Source of the DNA: Callorhinchus milii
Taxonomy: Eukaryota
Length of the DNA stretch: 64,000 nucleotides
Reading direction: 5' to 3'
NCBI RefSeq assembly: GCF_018977255.1
Contig: NW_024704744.1
Coordinates: forward strand, 69,750,001-69,814,000
Each line of letters starts with the position of its first letter. Positions within the stretch are counted from its first letter, which is position 1. The position numbers were made by a program, and so were the translations under genes. Below, in pieces: positions 37,399-50,125 of this stretch. The notes beneath the pieces were generated by a model. The model was given only the letters and a program-made list of their open reading frames with translations, searched no databases and had not been told where the DNA came from.

Positions 37399-38404
37399 GT
37401 TACGAGTTAGGAGGCGATTATTAAGAATAGTGCAAAATCTAAGTGATTTTGATAGGAAATTGAATGGGATTTGGGTGAATGTATGACATAGGTGATTATC
37501 TGATTTATAAAGATAAGACTTATGCGAGTTTTACTGTATATTATTGGGAAAGAAGACATTTACAGAAGTTCAGGGAAAATGGTCTGTAGATTTCAATAAA
37601 AATTCCCATGGCATTTTGCAGCTTCACCAAAATATTCCACACCATCACTGTCCTGCTGGTAAGTGAATACAGTATTCCTGTCAAATGAATAGCCATTAAG
37701 AATCCTAAACGAATTACCAAAATTCACTGTATTCATTCACTATAAAACTGAATAAATATTGACATTTAAGTTATCTTTTGCACAGGATTGCAGTTTTTTC
37801 AATAATCTACCAAATAAAATAGCAAACACTTAACATTTTGGAAATCTCTATTTAAAAATATGGAAAAACTGTACAATGGAAGCAAATGTAAGATTTCACT
37901 ACAAATCCGTGATTTTTCCATGATTCAATAATAAAACTAAATAAACAACTGCATGATTAAACAGTTGTTCACTTAAAAAAATTGTCAGCATTAAATGGAT
38001 GTGTTGTTTACAGTGGCTTCACAACAGGTTATCTGTGTGGTGTTGGTTATATAAATCCATTCATCTAAAATAGTTGGGAGTTTCTGCTGTGCTCAGCTGG
38101 GCTCACGTGGTACAAGTGAGCCTTTCACCATGGGAAAAAGAGGCAGGGGAATAAAACAAAAAAGGACACTCCCATCAGATGATCCAAAGAAAATATTGAC
38201 AAGGGTTGAACTGCTCACAAAAACAAGAAGTTGTGTGGAAAGAAGTGTGCGTTTAAAAGATAACAAAAAATAGGATGTTAAATAAATCTAAATGCCTGCA
38301 GTTTTTTTAAAAAAATTAAATACAGGACAATAAAACTAAAAAAACTCTGGCCCCATTTACAAGATGACAAAGACTACTCGTGACAAAAGATAAATTGTCA
38401 TATA

Positions 38405-38896
38405 CAGTAAACTCCTGATAATTTGATACTGGGAGTTCCCTCCCCCACTATTTAAGTTGTCATAGTGTCAATATCACAACAGCTTCCCATGCAAAATGTT
38501 AATAAGCGGCTCTGCTTTACTTGTGGCTCCTTTTAATACATAACTAGTTGCATTCTAGAAATTCTTGCCCTAACCTGTGATGGTACAAGTGCTCAACAGA
38601 GGTTGGTCTTGCATGCTCAGATGCACTGGAGAGATCTTTGGTCTCATGGATGTCATGGCTTCTCGTCCTGCCTCCCACCCTATCCTGTGACAGAATACGG
38701 CAGGAGGCCATGGCCCTCCATTGGACCAGAGGCCTCTGCAGTGCATCTGAGCATTTGCGTCCAACCTCTGCAGAGTGCCCGCAGCAGTCACAATGCCCCC
38801 TTGTATCTCGGGAGAACTGATGCCCAACTTGCCACTCCGGATAACTCATTGCTGAGCTCTTTTCCCTTAGAATGACGAGTTATCCAGAGTTTACTG
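38405..38896. mobile_element. MITE copy 3, longer version
   Basis: TA|CAGTAAACTC ... GAGTTTACTG|TA. Subterminal sequence shared with 603-770 plus about 330 bp of extra internal DNA. Confidence 0.7.
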
Positions 38897-38954
38897 TACA
38901 ATTCATCCCCCCAGTCAATGCATCATACATACGTCAATCATGGAATATTATAGC

Positions 38955-39800
38955 AGAGGGTTAGCAGGTCACAGAGGTAGGAAGGAGCAAGGCCGTGAAG
39001 TGGGATGGGAGCCAGGGGAGCCGGGCGAGGGTGGTGGTGATTGGGAGAGGGCATGAGCTGCAGAGTTCTAAATGATCTGCAGCTTGTGGAGGGAAGAATT
39101 GGAAAGACCAACAAAAAGGTAGTGAAGAGTAGTCGAGTCTAGATGTAATAAACGTGTGAATGAGGGTTTGGGCAACCTGAGGTAGTAGCGGAGCCAGGCG
39201 ATGTTGCAGAGGTAGGGGGAGTCAGAGCGGGTCGTGGCACGGATGTGGGGTAGAAAGGACAGTTGAGGGTCAAACAAGACGTCAAGGTTCCAGATTGGCT
39301 CAGTGAGGTGGAGTGTACGTCCATGGATGGTGATGCTGCCAGTACCTGAGGTGTGGACGCGCTAACGGGAGCCAATCAGGAGGACCTCAATCTTGTTAAC
39401 AAAAATTGTTATACAAATTTTCCAGGTTTGTGCCACTGGTAGTGTTGCACTGGCTTTGTCGTGACGAGTGTATAACCACCAACAACAACTTGCATTTATA
39501 TAGTGCCTTTCATGTTGCGGACGTCCCAAAGTGCTGGAAAATTAAGGGTTTACACCTGAACTAGGGATTGGAATCAAGAGGGGTGGAGGGCAATGGGGTG
39601 GCAGTGGGAGGATTACCGAAGATACAATCAAGGAGGAAGGGAGTGCACGAGGCGGGGGCTCCAGGATGGAGTTCCTGAGGTTGGGGGCAGAAAGGCAAAA
39701 GGCTTGGCCACCTAAGGGGGGACATGAAGCTGAGGCTGAGCAGAGGGAGCGGGCAGATTGGTAAGTAGTTCCCAGAGGTAGGGAGGAGCAAGACGGTGGA
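38955..39800 (-). mobile_element. Degenerate L2 fragments
   Basis: FDPQLSFLPHI...SSLHKLQII, and a second 3' tail segment with (AAC)n at 39480. Confidence 0.7.
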
Positions 39801-39907
39801 GGCATTAAAATTTCAAAAAACGTTTGAGTCGTCTGAGAGATAACAGTCTGCTGGTTCTTCATTAAACATTAAAATGTCCCAGGCATTCAGATCCTGCTTA
39901 GAAAAAA

Positions 39908-40176
39908 ATAATAATCCTTGCATATGATATACCGCTTTTCACATCTTCTAGACGTCTCAAAGCTCTTCACAGAATATACTGTAAAGTGAATTGACTATAT
40001 TTTGTGAGCGAAACACGGCAGCCAATTGCACACAGCAGTGTCCTACAAACAGTTGTGGATTGAAAATGACCAATTTATTATTGTTTTGTTTTTTGGAGGG
40101 ATTATTATTAGACGTGTGGAGTAAGGAAACTTGCCCAAGGTTTCACTTTGCCTGGAATTGAACCCAGATCTCTCGC
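39908..40176 (-). mobile_element. tRNA/Deu SINE, 5'-truncated
   Basis: Reverse complement of the family sequence from the B box to the tail. Confidence 0.8.
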
Positions 40177-40903
40177 TTAAATAAATGTGCATGTGTCTAA
40201 TAATATTATTGTTATTATTATGTGTCTAAGTGCATAATGTTAGAATAACAAAGGTGCTTGCAACATTCTACTACAAATACAATTTTGGCCTGATACAGTA
40301 TCCACACTAGAAGAAGTCCACATGGTTTCTGATTTGATTGTAGTTCCCAAGTGAAGGAAGCAACTTAGGAGGATAATTGTAGCAATTGCTCTTTTTAAAA
40401 TTTGTAACAAATACAGGTAAGACATAGACACATTGGTTAAATATTTGGGCTTGCTTAGCCCCTTGTTTAATAGAAAACCATACAAGGTATCTTTCCCCAC
40501 GCAGTACAGAATTAAGGAAGAAAAATGAACAATGTAGGCAACTCGAAAGTATGCAATACTAAACTCCTTTGATTCATGATTGACAAGCTGATTAGTCAAT
40601 TGGCACGACAAGTTGCTGAAAGCACCGCATTAATTTTGTCAAATAATCCAAAAGATTTTTAAATAATTGCATATCAAACATACTAAATGATCAAATTACA
40701 TGCCAGGATTTAGAAGAATAAAGTATTTGTGTCAGCACTCCCAAAACTGATAGATTCAATTAGAGTTATGCCTTAGGCACTGTGTTATTTATGTAAACAG
40801 GATCCAAAATATGAAAGAACTTGCATTTTTATAGCATTGAAACATCGCAAATGTCTTGTGGAAATGTATCATTACGTTGAAACATTTCAAAGCACTTCAA
40901 GAA

Positions 40904-41213
40904 GTCCTGTAGCTCAGTGGTTAGAGCACTCGCTTTGCAAGCGAGAGACCGGAGTTCAATTCCCGGCAGAGCGAAACCTTGGGCAAGTTTCCTTACTCCA
41001 CTCAGAGCCTAATAATAATCCCTCCAAAAAAACCCAATAATAAACTGGTCATTTTCAATCCATATGACTGTTTGTGGGACATTGCTGTGCGCAATTGGCT
41101 GCCGCGTTCGCCCACAAATATACAGTCAATTCACTTTACAGTGTGATGCGCTTTGGGACGTCCTCCCGACGTGAAAAGCGCTATATCAAATGCAAGGATT
41201 ATTATTATTATTA
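40904..41213 (+). mobile_element. tRNA-Ala/Deu SINE, full length
   Basis: Collinear with 1873-2200. Confidence 0.88.
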
Positions 41214-42289
41214 CTCTGAAAAGTAGAGCGACAGTGTTTGTAGGCAACAGTGGCAACCATTTTGCACATAGCAGATCCCATAAATAGTCTTGAGACAAAT
41301 GCCAATTTTGTCCAGAAGATTATTATTCAGGATACCAGGAGAAATTCCCTTCACTTTTCGAATAGTGTCATGGCAACTGTAACATAACATCCACCTGAAG
41401 AGAGGCAGAATATATCCTGGTGAGATACCTTACCCAAAAGAGAATACCTCTGACAATGCAAGGTTTATCCAGTATGGCATTAATACAAGTGGTGTTAACG
41501 TCTCCATCCTCCTAAATTGTCTCTCCTGCCTCAGCCACCAGCAAAAGACCACACTCTCTTTTTTCCAATTCCACTTTGACCCAACACATCCACCTCGGTT
41601 CCTCCTTCCCCACGTTATCATCTGGGAAGTACCTCACAGCTCTATCCTTTGTCCCTCCTTTTCCTCGTCTTGATGCTCCCCTTAATGACATCATCCGCAG
41701 CACAGGGTTAACTTCCACATGTACGCGTATGATACTCAAAATATACTTCGCCACTTTTACTGTTCATTCCAGATCCACTGATATTCTGTCCGTTTACCTG
41801 AACCTCAATTTCTTGCAGTTTACCATGGACACGACAGACGTCATCTTCTCAATGTCTCCTTACTTCCAACATTGATCTCCTTAATTTCAATGGTTTGATC
41901 CTCAGTTCTCCTTTCTTCCTCATATTCGGTCTCTGACCAAGATCACTACTTTACCGTCTCTCTTGCTTGATATGCAACCCCGAACTTTGTGAACTGATCC
42001 AAGACAGTATCCTATTTGAAGGGCACTATATAAATGCATGTTGTCAGTGTTGAAATGTCTGCCTGGATTATGAACCCCCAACCAGACTGAGCACAGCTAA
42101 CACCAAAACAACTGCTTATCTCGCAAACTGTACAGCATTACGCACAGAATATAGCAACGAGGCGATTACACACAGTGTACTACAATTGCGAGGTTCATTG
42201 TGGAAATGCTTACCAAACATTGCGGGGAAAGAAATCTGGCAAATTTATTGGCGAACTTTGCTCGTTGTGAAAGCGTAACCTCTTTTAAT

Positions 42290-42510
42290 AATAACAACAA
42301 CAACAACAACAACCCTTGCATTTGATATGGAGCTTTTCTCGTCTTCTCGACGTCTCAAAGCGCTTCACAGAATAGGCTGCAAAGTGAACTGACCGTATAT
42401 TTGTGGGCGAAACGCGGCAGCCAATTGCGCGCAGCAGTGCCCCACAAACAGCGGTGGATTGAAAGTGACCGATTTATTATTGTTTTGTTTTGGAGGGATG
42501 ATCGTTAGCG
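42290..42510 (-). mobile_element. tRNA/Deu SINE 3' part
   Basis: Deu core and tail in reverse, with an (AAC)n/(AAT)n end. Confidence 0.75.
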
Positions 42511-42779
42511 GCGGTTACTTCCATTCCACCTCTGGTTGGGAGAAGTAACCGCTTATATGTTTCACTGGAGTTTACTGTCAGCCTTCACTGCTAACACCTA
42601 CACCCCCGATGTTGACAGACCGTGTGAATCGGGGCCCAGTGTCTCTCTCTCTCTCTGTCTGTCTCTCTCTCTCTCCTCCGCGTTAGTCACAACACCGGCG
42701 CTGACCCCTGAACCGCCAGCGGTTGTGGGGGGGGGGGGGGGCGGCAGCAGCTTCATTCACTGCATAAATAAATGAACGG

Positions 42780-43790
42780 CACTCAGCGCGAGGCGAAAGC
42801 ACCGGAGGTTTAAAAAAAAAGGCGGCGGCGGCGGCGGCGGCCCCGAGCACACACGTGAGCCCCGCGCGCCACCGCTTCTTACCCGCCTCCGCCCGGCAAG
42901 AGGCCTACAACCCGGAGCGGGGGGTGTGGGGGTGTGGGTCAGGGCCCGAGCATGTGGAGGGTGAGCTACACACTGCCTCCCTCCCTCCCGGCCGACCGAC
43001 ACAGTCGGGCCTCCGCCTCCTCCTCCCGCCCGCCCTGAGCAGCTGAAGGCACCGGCGCTGAGGTACTTACCGGCTCGCCGGTCGCCGTCACTCGGCCGCA
43101 AGAGCGCGCCCAACGGCCGCGGATGGGGCGAGCGAGCCGTGCATTCTGGGACTGGGCGGGGGCCGGGGGGGGGGGGGGGAGACGCACTACAGTTCCCAGA
43201 ATGCACAGCGAGAGGGATTGTGGGGCGGGCGGGGGGGGGGGTGGGCTCATTGCTGTCATTCCTTCTCCCCCCTCCCCCACGCCCCGCCCACTCCCTCCCT
43301 CCCTCCCTCCCTCCCTCGCTCGCTCGCAGCATGTGACTGCCGGAACGTGGCGGGTGACGTGCGTCGGGGCTGATGGACGGGCGGCGGGGGCGGGGCTCGC
43401 TTTCGAAGGCGAGCCCGGATTGTGACGGACGAGCGGCCCGCGCGGCCAATAGCAGGGCCGGCGACGCGTCGGGCGCTGACCGACGCCGCCAATTGGGAGA
43501 CGGTAAAGGCGGGACATTTGAGTTGCAGAGGGAGCAGCGCAGGAGGTGGGTGAGATGCGGGTGGGGAGGGAGGGAGGGAGGAAAGGTTGCAGCAACTTTA
43601 TTTGACCCAGTTAAGCGCCGTGCTCTCTCTCTCTCTTACGTACAGACCCCGCTTCTACCTCCCACTCTTTTCTGCAAGAGGAACATGATGTCCGAAGGTA
43701 CCGCCGACAGCAGTAAGGTAAGGGGAGAGAGGGGGAGGTGTGGTGTGGTGCCAGACCCAGACTCAGACCAGACCCAGACCCGACCCCGAC
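42780..43790. promoter_or_regulatory. Bidirectional CpG-island promoter of MGME1 (-) and SNX5 (+)
   Basis: ZNF143/SBS motif ACTACAGTTCCCAGAATGCAC at 43186-43206 with an inverted core at 43139-43153. GC boxes, TGACGT near 43355, CCAAT near 43446 and 43489. A minus-strand donor CCG|GTAAGT at 43070 probably ends a non-coding MGME1 exon 1. Confidence 0.85.
43685..43717 (+). CDS. SNX5: SNX5 sorting nexin 5, coding exon 1
   Basis: AACATGATG..., MMSEGTADSSK, donor AAG|GTAAGG, phase 0 into exon 2. Short and poorly conserved, so less certain than the other exons. Confidence 0.75.
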
Positions 43791-44338
43791 CCGAGTAGTT
43801 CCTGTTTTGTTAGACAGCAACGTTTTGGAAAAGTTTTGTAAACAAAAAAAGGGGGTGTCGCGAAAAGATGTTGCCAATGGCATTTAGTTGCAATGGAAAA
43901 ACTGGGAATGTATCGACGTGTTACTAAATGCGTTTTTTTTTAAAAACACAAAAAAAGTCCCATAAGAAAATAACGTTTAATGGCATTGTATATCGATAGG
44001 GGTCAGTTATACAACGCTCGGGTCAAGCTGGGGGTCTGACACAATATATCACCATGGCTTAAGGGTCTCCCTAGCTGAGAATTCCAAACAACCCACATGG
44101 AAATTCCAGAGATATTCATTGAAATGGAAACTGCACACTCCCTGGAGGGACACATACTGCTTAGCGAATTCCAGAAAGTATTGGGCTCTTAGGGACCCTG
44201 GGGGTGGGGGAGCGGGGTGGGGTGGGGAATTGCTGGAGTTTAGCCACCCAAAACTGTATTGCTTGCCCAGTGTGGGCATTGGCTGGCAAGCTTTCTCACT
44301 GCTTGTCCAGCGAGGACCATCCTACCTGCTAAGGCTTT

Positions 44339-44662
44339 GGAGTCCTGTAGCTCAGTGGTTAGAGCGCTCGCTTTGCAAGTGAGAGACCTGAGTTCAATTC
44401 CAGGCAGAGGGCGAAACCTTGGGCAAGTTTCCTTACTCCACACAGAGCCTAATAATAATCCCTCCAAATCCAAAAACAATAATAAATTGGTCATTTTCAA
44501 TCTACGACTGTTTGTGGGACACTGCTGTGCGCAATTGGCTGCCGAGTTCGCCCACAAATATACAGTCAATTCACTTTACAGTGTGTTCTGTGAAGCGCTT
44601 TGGGATGTCCTCCCGACGTGAAAAGCGCTATATCAAATACAAGGATTATTATTATTATTATT
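44339..44662 (+). mobile_element. tRNA-Ala/Deu SINE, full length
   Basis: Near-identical to 1873-2200 and 58437-58754. Confidence 0.9.
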
Positions 44663-45331
44663 AAGGCTTTGGCTTCCAGGGTTAACAGGAGCTGAGTGGG
44701 ATAACTCCTTGCCCCAGTTGCTGCAGCTGCAGACCTGGCTGGCTTGGGAACTGGAGGCTGGTCCTGTGAGCCTGGCAAGCCTTCCTGGTGGGCACAACAC
44801 AGACTTTCTGTGTGCCACTTGTAATTAATAACTATCCCAATTTCATGTGGTTTCACCATTGGGGAAATAATTGTGTTTGTCGTTTTCAAAAAACCTCCTG
44901 ACAACAACCACCTGACTTGTAGGAATATAGAAATATTTGAATTACATAATTTGTGGCATATTGTTTGTAGATTGACTGTTTCCCAACAAAATGCAGTCAC
45001 TACATTTTGTTGTAAATCCTGCTTTGATATGTACTCTTGATATGAAAGGTGCTATATCAGTTTAAGGATTGTTATAATTTTGAATTGTAACATGACTGGC
45101 CTGTATTGATTTGAATGGGACTTAAAAATTCAAATTGGTATTGTATTTACTTGCTTAGTTTTGCTTTACTTGAAGCTAAATTTTCATTGTGACCTATTTC
45201 CTTTTGATGCATTTTACGCACAAAATATACAATTAATCCACTTTATAAAACAATCACATTTTTTTATTATGTTACTTTGCTATGTAATGGCATTTTTGCA
45301 ATGTGAATGCATTATGTAGGTTTAATTGTAG

Positions 45332-45935
45332 GAGGCCCGTAGCTCAGTGGTTAGATCACTCGCCTCGCAAGCGAGAGACCTGGGTTTGATTCCAGGCAGG
45401 ACGATACCTTGAGCAAGTTTCTTTACTCCGCACACCTAATAAAAATCCTTCCAAGAAAAAAAAATAAAATTGGTCACTTCAATCCACGACTGTTTGTGGG
45501 ACACTGCTTTGTGCAATTGGCTGCTGCCTCTCACCTCCATATATACAGTCAATTCACTTTACAGTATATTCTGTGAAGTGCTTTGGATGTCTAGAAGGCA
45601 CGAAAAGCGCTATATCAAATGCAAGGATTATTATTAATAATAATATTTGCATTTTGGTATTATAATAATAATAATCCTTGCATTTGATATAGTGCTTTTC
45701 ACGTCGGGAGGACGTCCCAAAGCGCTTCACAGAACACACTGTAAAGTGAATTGACTGTATATTTGTGGGCGAACGCGGCAGCCAATTGCGCACAGCAATG
45801 TCCCACAAACAGTCGTAGATTGAAAATGACCAATTTATTATTGTTTTTGGTTTTGGAGGATTATTATTAGGCGTGTGGAGTAAGGAAACTTGCCCAAGGT
45901 TTCGCCCTGCCGGGAATTGAACTCAGGTCTCTCAC
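45332..45935. mobile_element. Tail-to-tail inverted pair of SINEs (+ 45332-45640; - 45661-45935)
   Basis: A plus copy ends in a TTA/TAA tail, followed about 20 nt later by a minus copy. Confidence 0.85.
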
Positions 45936-46147
45936 TTTATAGTGCCTTATCACATCAGAAGGATGTCTCAAAGCATTTGACAGGAGTTACTGTGCATTGG
46001 AGTGACTGTATTTGTGGGCTAATACAGCAGAACAACTTTGCACAGCAATTTCCCACAAACAGCCATTCGGTGAGTGACCAATTGTAATTGGGGGATTGTT
46101 GGTGAGGACACTGGGAGAAATTCTCTTCTCTTTTTGAATAGTGGATC

Positions 46148-46380
46148 AGTTGAGGAGAATTTTTTTCACAGAGCGAGTTTGGATCTGGAATGCATTGCCT
46201 GAAAGGGTCGTGGAGACCGATTCAATAACTTTTAAGAGAGAAGTAGATAATTATTTGGCGAGGACAAGTTTGTAGGGCTGTGGGGAGAGAGTGGGGGAGT
46301 GGGATTGAATTGGATAGCTCTTTTCAAAGAGCCAGCATGGACACGGTGGGCCAAATGTGCTGTATAATTCTATGATTCTA
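46148..46380 (+). mobile_element. CR1 LINE 3' end
   Basis: RRIFF..R..WNALPERVVE..S...FKREVDNYL-like remnant, then a 3' UTR ending in ATTCTATGATTCTA, the CR1-type terminal repeat. Confidence 0.8.
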
Positions 46381-47397
46381 GGTGAGGTCCAAGCATGTGT
46401 TGTCCATTTCTTGCCTTTCTCTTCAATTTCTTGTGGTCTCACTAGTAATTTCTATATTTAGTGGTGTTTTTGCATACTTCCTGCTTTGTCATATTTTTCT
46501 CAGCTCCCTTCTAAAATAAAGCTTGCTTCTGTATAGACTTGTCCCATGTTCAGTAGTCACCTTCAGTTTTTCCGTGTAAACTTTGTAATCCTCAAGTGAT
46601 CCCATTGAGAATATTATATATATTATATAAATGATTTGACCCCCTTCCACTTGGACGTACATTTTGTCTGCATGCCCCACATATTTTTGTTGTATCTGCA
46701 TGTTCTACATATTTTTGAAGGGTATTCATTTATCTTTGCCAGATTTATTCTTGAGGGGTGCATCTTTTTCTGTCACAAACCAGCCCTTATACACCTAAAG
46801 TTTGTCCTAATTTTTATACTGTCGTTTGGCTGCTTCCTGGTGTCTCCCAAGACATATTTTTCTTTATTGTGCAATTGGCATTCTCATGTATAGTTTAGGG
46901 TCAGCCCACTCATTTAGTTGTCTTTTTGTCTCTTGGTCAAAGGGTTGTGGGCTCAAATATTGAGATTTTTGAAGCTCCGATGCAGTGCTAGGGGGAGATA
47001 TTGCATTGTCAGAGATGTCAACCTTTGCATGAGACGTTAAACTGAAGTCACGTCTGTTTGTTCAGGGTAAGGTTAAAGATCCCAAAGGATTATTCAAAAC
47101 GAGAAGCTTATCTTGGTCAACAATCAATACTTCAAATAAATTAGTTACTCACTTTGTAGCTGTTTGTGGGGACATTGTTATGTGGAAACGGGCTGTTGTT
47201 TTTGCCTACAAATACAGTCATTGCATTACATTTTGCAGAAAATAAAGTGATTTGAGTTTTGACATTGTAGGTGTTTTATCAAATATTATTCATAGTCTGA
47301 TAAATATTTAAATTATAATATCAATTAATATCAAAATCAATTTAAATTTAGCATTGTTCCATTAAAGTGTTAACTCTTTCCTTTTTTTTTATTGCAG

Positions 47398-47496
47398 CCA
47401 GAATCTGTATCAATGGATGTAGAACCCGCAGTGCTGGTTGAAATTCCTGATGCCCTCAGCGAAAGAGATAAAGTTAAATTCACAGTTCACACCAAG
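47398..47496 (+). CDS. SNX5: SNX5 exon 2 (start of PX domain)
   Basis: [33 protein letters not shown] with AG/GT boundaries. Confidence 0.95.
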
Positions 47497-47692
47497 GTGG
47501 GTGTATCCTTCAGAACTAAATACGAGAAACAACATCTGCTTGCCTAGATGTAGTAGGGCAGCATAATAAACTGCAAGTTTTATGAAAGTTTGGGGTGACT
47601 TGCTATATAATATATGCCCATTTTAGGCGTACAGCAGTGTTCAAATTTAATTCTTTTGAGTGTGGAATAAGTGCACCTCAATTATGTTTACT

Positions 47693-48470
47693 TTTTTTGA
47701 AAATATACATTTATTTATAAATATAATATTTGGTACAACAGAAATCTAAAACAAACAACATACAACATCTTGTGTTACAATTTTTTCCTTTTCTCCCAAT
47801 ACAAAAAACATTCCGTTGTTTATGGTACATTCCTTCAACGCACGTAGGTTGTGCACATGTTTTTTGGGATGCTCCTGTTAATACAGTTAGGAGTTGCCCC
47901 TATCTACACCACATTCATGTGCACACCCACGCACACCCTGATAAGGCGAGATTGTGCCTGAGACTCAGTCTGGAGTCACCCCTGTGAACACCACATCCTT
48001 GCACACACCCTGATCGCTGCACTTGCCACTTTTGGAAGGTGCCCCGATGAGCACCGTACGTGCACATGTTTACCATACAAACATTTTTGGGACGTTACAT
48101 CTCGAGTGTCCTTCTGTACCCTTACTTCAGTCAGTTTTGGGTGCTCTCATAGACTACGCGGTGGGTGCACCCTGAGCAGTTTATGCCAGAGCAGCTTGTG
48201 CCAGGGTCAGGCCCCATCTGCCGTTTGCCGTTGTTGAGCCGAACTTCGTCTTGTCCCTCAGTACACAGTCCCTGATCCTAGCATGCGCGAGCCTGAGACA
48301 GGCCCTCACTGTCCCCTCATTCTGCCAGAACTATACCTGGTTTTGGAAGTACCAAAAGTCCTCCTTTACCGAGTTTATGATCTTCCAGGCACACTCAATG
48401 TGGGTTTACTGCCTATGATGTTTGGAAACTCACTCTTCATAGATTTTTTTTTGTTGCTTTTCCTGCTAGC
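47693..48470 (-). mobile_element. Tx1/L1-like LINE 3' end (ORF2 C-terminus, 3' UTR, poly-A)
   Basis: Minus translation CAWKIINSVKEDFW...CLRLAHARIRDCVLRD..KFG..TANGRWG resembles recalled Tx1-type ORF2 ends. AATAAA and an A-tract lie at the 47693 end. Confidence 0.7.
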
Positions 48471-48489
48471 CTGAAGGTGTTCACTCAAA

Positions 48490-49812
48490 CAAAATTACAT
48501 TTGTATAGCGCCTTTCACATCAGGAGGACTTCCCAAGGCACTGGACAGACAGAGTTTCGGACCCAAACTGGGCTCGGGGTAGGTGGCGGCCGGGGGGGAA
48601 GCAGGGTGATCGAAAGCACGGTCGAAGAGGAGGCCTTGAGATGGGTCTCGAAGGAGGCAAGGGAAGGATCGAGGCGGAGGGACTGCGGGATGGAGTTCCA
48701 GAGGGTGGGGGCAGAGTGGCCAATATTGGGGCGAGCAAGGCGGGGGACATGAAGCAGGCCGGAGCTTGCTCAGTGGAGGGAGTGGGCAGGTGGTAGGGGG
48801 TTAGGAGGTCGCAGAGGTAGGTGAGAGCAAGACCATAGAGGGCTTTGAAGGTGAGGACCAGGATCTTGAACTGTATCTTCTGTGTGATGGGAAGCCAGTG
48901 GAGTTGGGCAAGGATGGGGGTGATAGGGTCACAGAGCCTGGTGCAGGCGAGGGCATGGGCTGCAGAGTTCTAGATGATCTGCAGCCTTGGAGGGAGGAGT
49001 TGGGGAGGCCGACAAGCAATGAGTTTGCATAGTCGAGCCTCGATGTAATGAAAGCGTGTATGAGGGTTTCAGCAGTCTGCGGTGTGAGACAGTGGTGGAG
49101 TCGGGCAATGTTGTGGAAGTGGGGGAAAGCAGAGCGGGTCATGGTGCAAATGTGGGGTAGAAAGGATAGTTGAGGGTCAAACAAAACGCCAAGGTTCCGG
49201 ACTGGCTTAGCAAGGTGGCGTGTGCGTGATGATGTTGATGGATGGTGATGCTGTCAGCGTTTGAGGTGAGGAGGCGCTGACGGGAGCCAATCAGGAGGAC
49301 CTCGGTCTTGTTGACGTTCAGCTGAAGAAAGTTAGTTCTCATCCAGGACTTGATGTCAGACAGACATTCTGTCAGGGCAGCAGTGGAGGTTGGAGGCAGA
49401 GAGATAGAGTTGGGTGTCATCCGCATACATTGGAAGTTGAACCCCATGTCTGTGGATGATGTCATCACGAGGGAGCATATAGATATTTGAAGAGGAGGGG
49501 ACCAAGGACGGAGCCCCAAGGAATGCCACACAAGATGGTGCGGGGGCTAGAGGAGAAGCCACTTGTGGAGATGAAGTGGCGGCGGTTTGAGAGGTACGAT
49601 CTGAACCAGTCAAGGACAGAGCCGTGAAAGTTGAGGTGAGTGGAGAAGCGGTGGATGACGATAGAGTGGTTGACGGTATCGAAGGCAGCAGAGAGGTCAA
49701 GGAGGACGAGGAGGCAGAGGGAGCCCTGGTCGCAGATGGACAGAAAGTCATTGTCACGTTGACCAGGGCTGTTTCTCTGCTGTGGGCGGCACAGAAACCC
49801 GATTGAAGGGCT
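48490..49812 (-). mobile_element. L2 LINE fragment
   Basis: QSGF..AHS.ETAL, LVLLDLSAAFDTVNHS, MYADDTQLY, SRLDYANSLL. Confidence 0.9.
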
Positions 49813-50020
49813 TTTCGTGCCGCCCACACTCTCTGTTAAGGTATATCTTTTTGGTGAAATGAAATGCTCCTTCAGAATCACCTGATTTATGTGGCTGAGA
49901 TGTGCTTTCCTGTGGGAAGTGAGTGATTTATTTTTCTTTTCTCACTGAAGTTGCTCTTGTATTTGCAATGAACTCTGGCAAAATCCAGCACATGGAGCCT
50001 TCTCCTTCCCAACCTTCCCC

Positions 50021-50125
50021 AGTTCTGACGAAGGGTCGTCAACCTGAAACGTTGATTCACTTTCCTTTCTTCATAGTTGCTGTCTGACCTGCTGAGTATT
50101 CCCAGCGACTTCTGTTTTTGTTTTC
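50021..50125 (+). ncRNA. Degenerate minimal hammerhead ribozyme motif in a Penelope-like repeat fragment
   Basis: AGTT-CTGACGA-AGGGTCGTCAACCT-GAAAC-GTT-GATT: both catalytic boxes, a stem II with one mismatch, a palindromic ACGT stem III and a wobble stem I. Confidence 0.55.

Noticed and set aside
42757-43883. Several 100-230-aa GC-rich ORFs
   Set aside because: Stop-poor CpG-island sequence giving low-complexity peptides with no recognisable domain.
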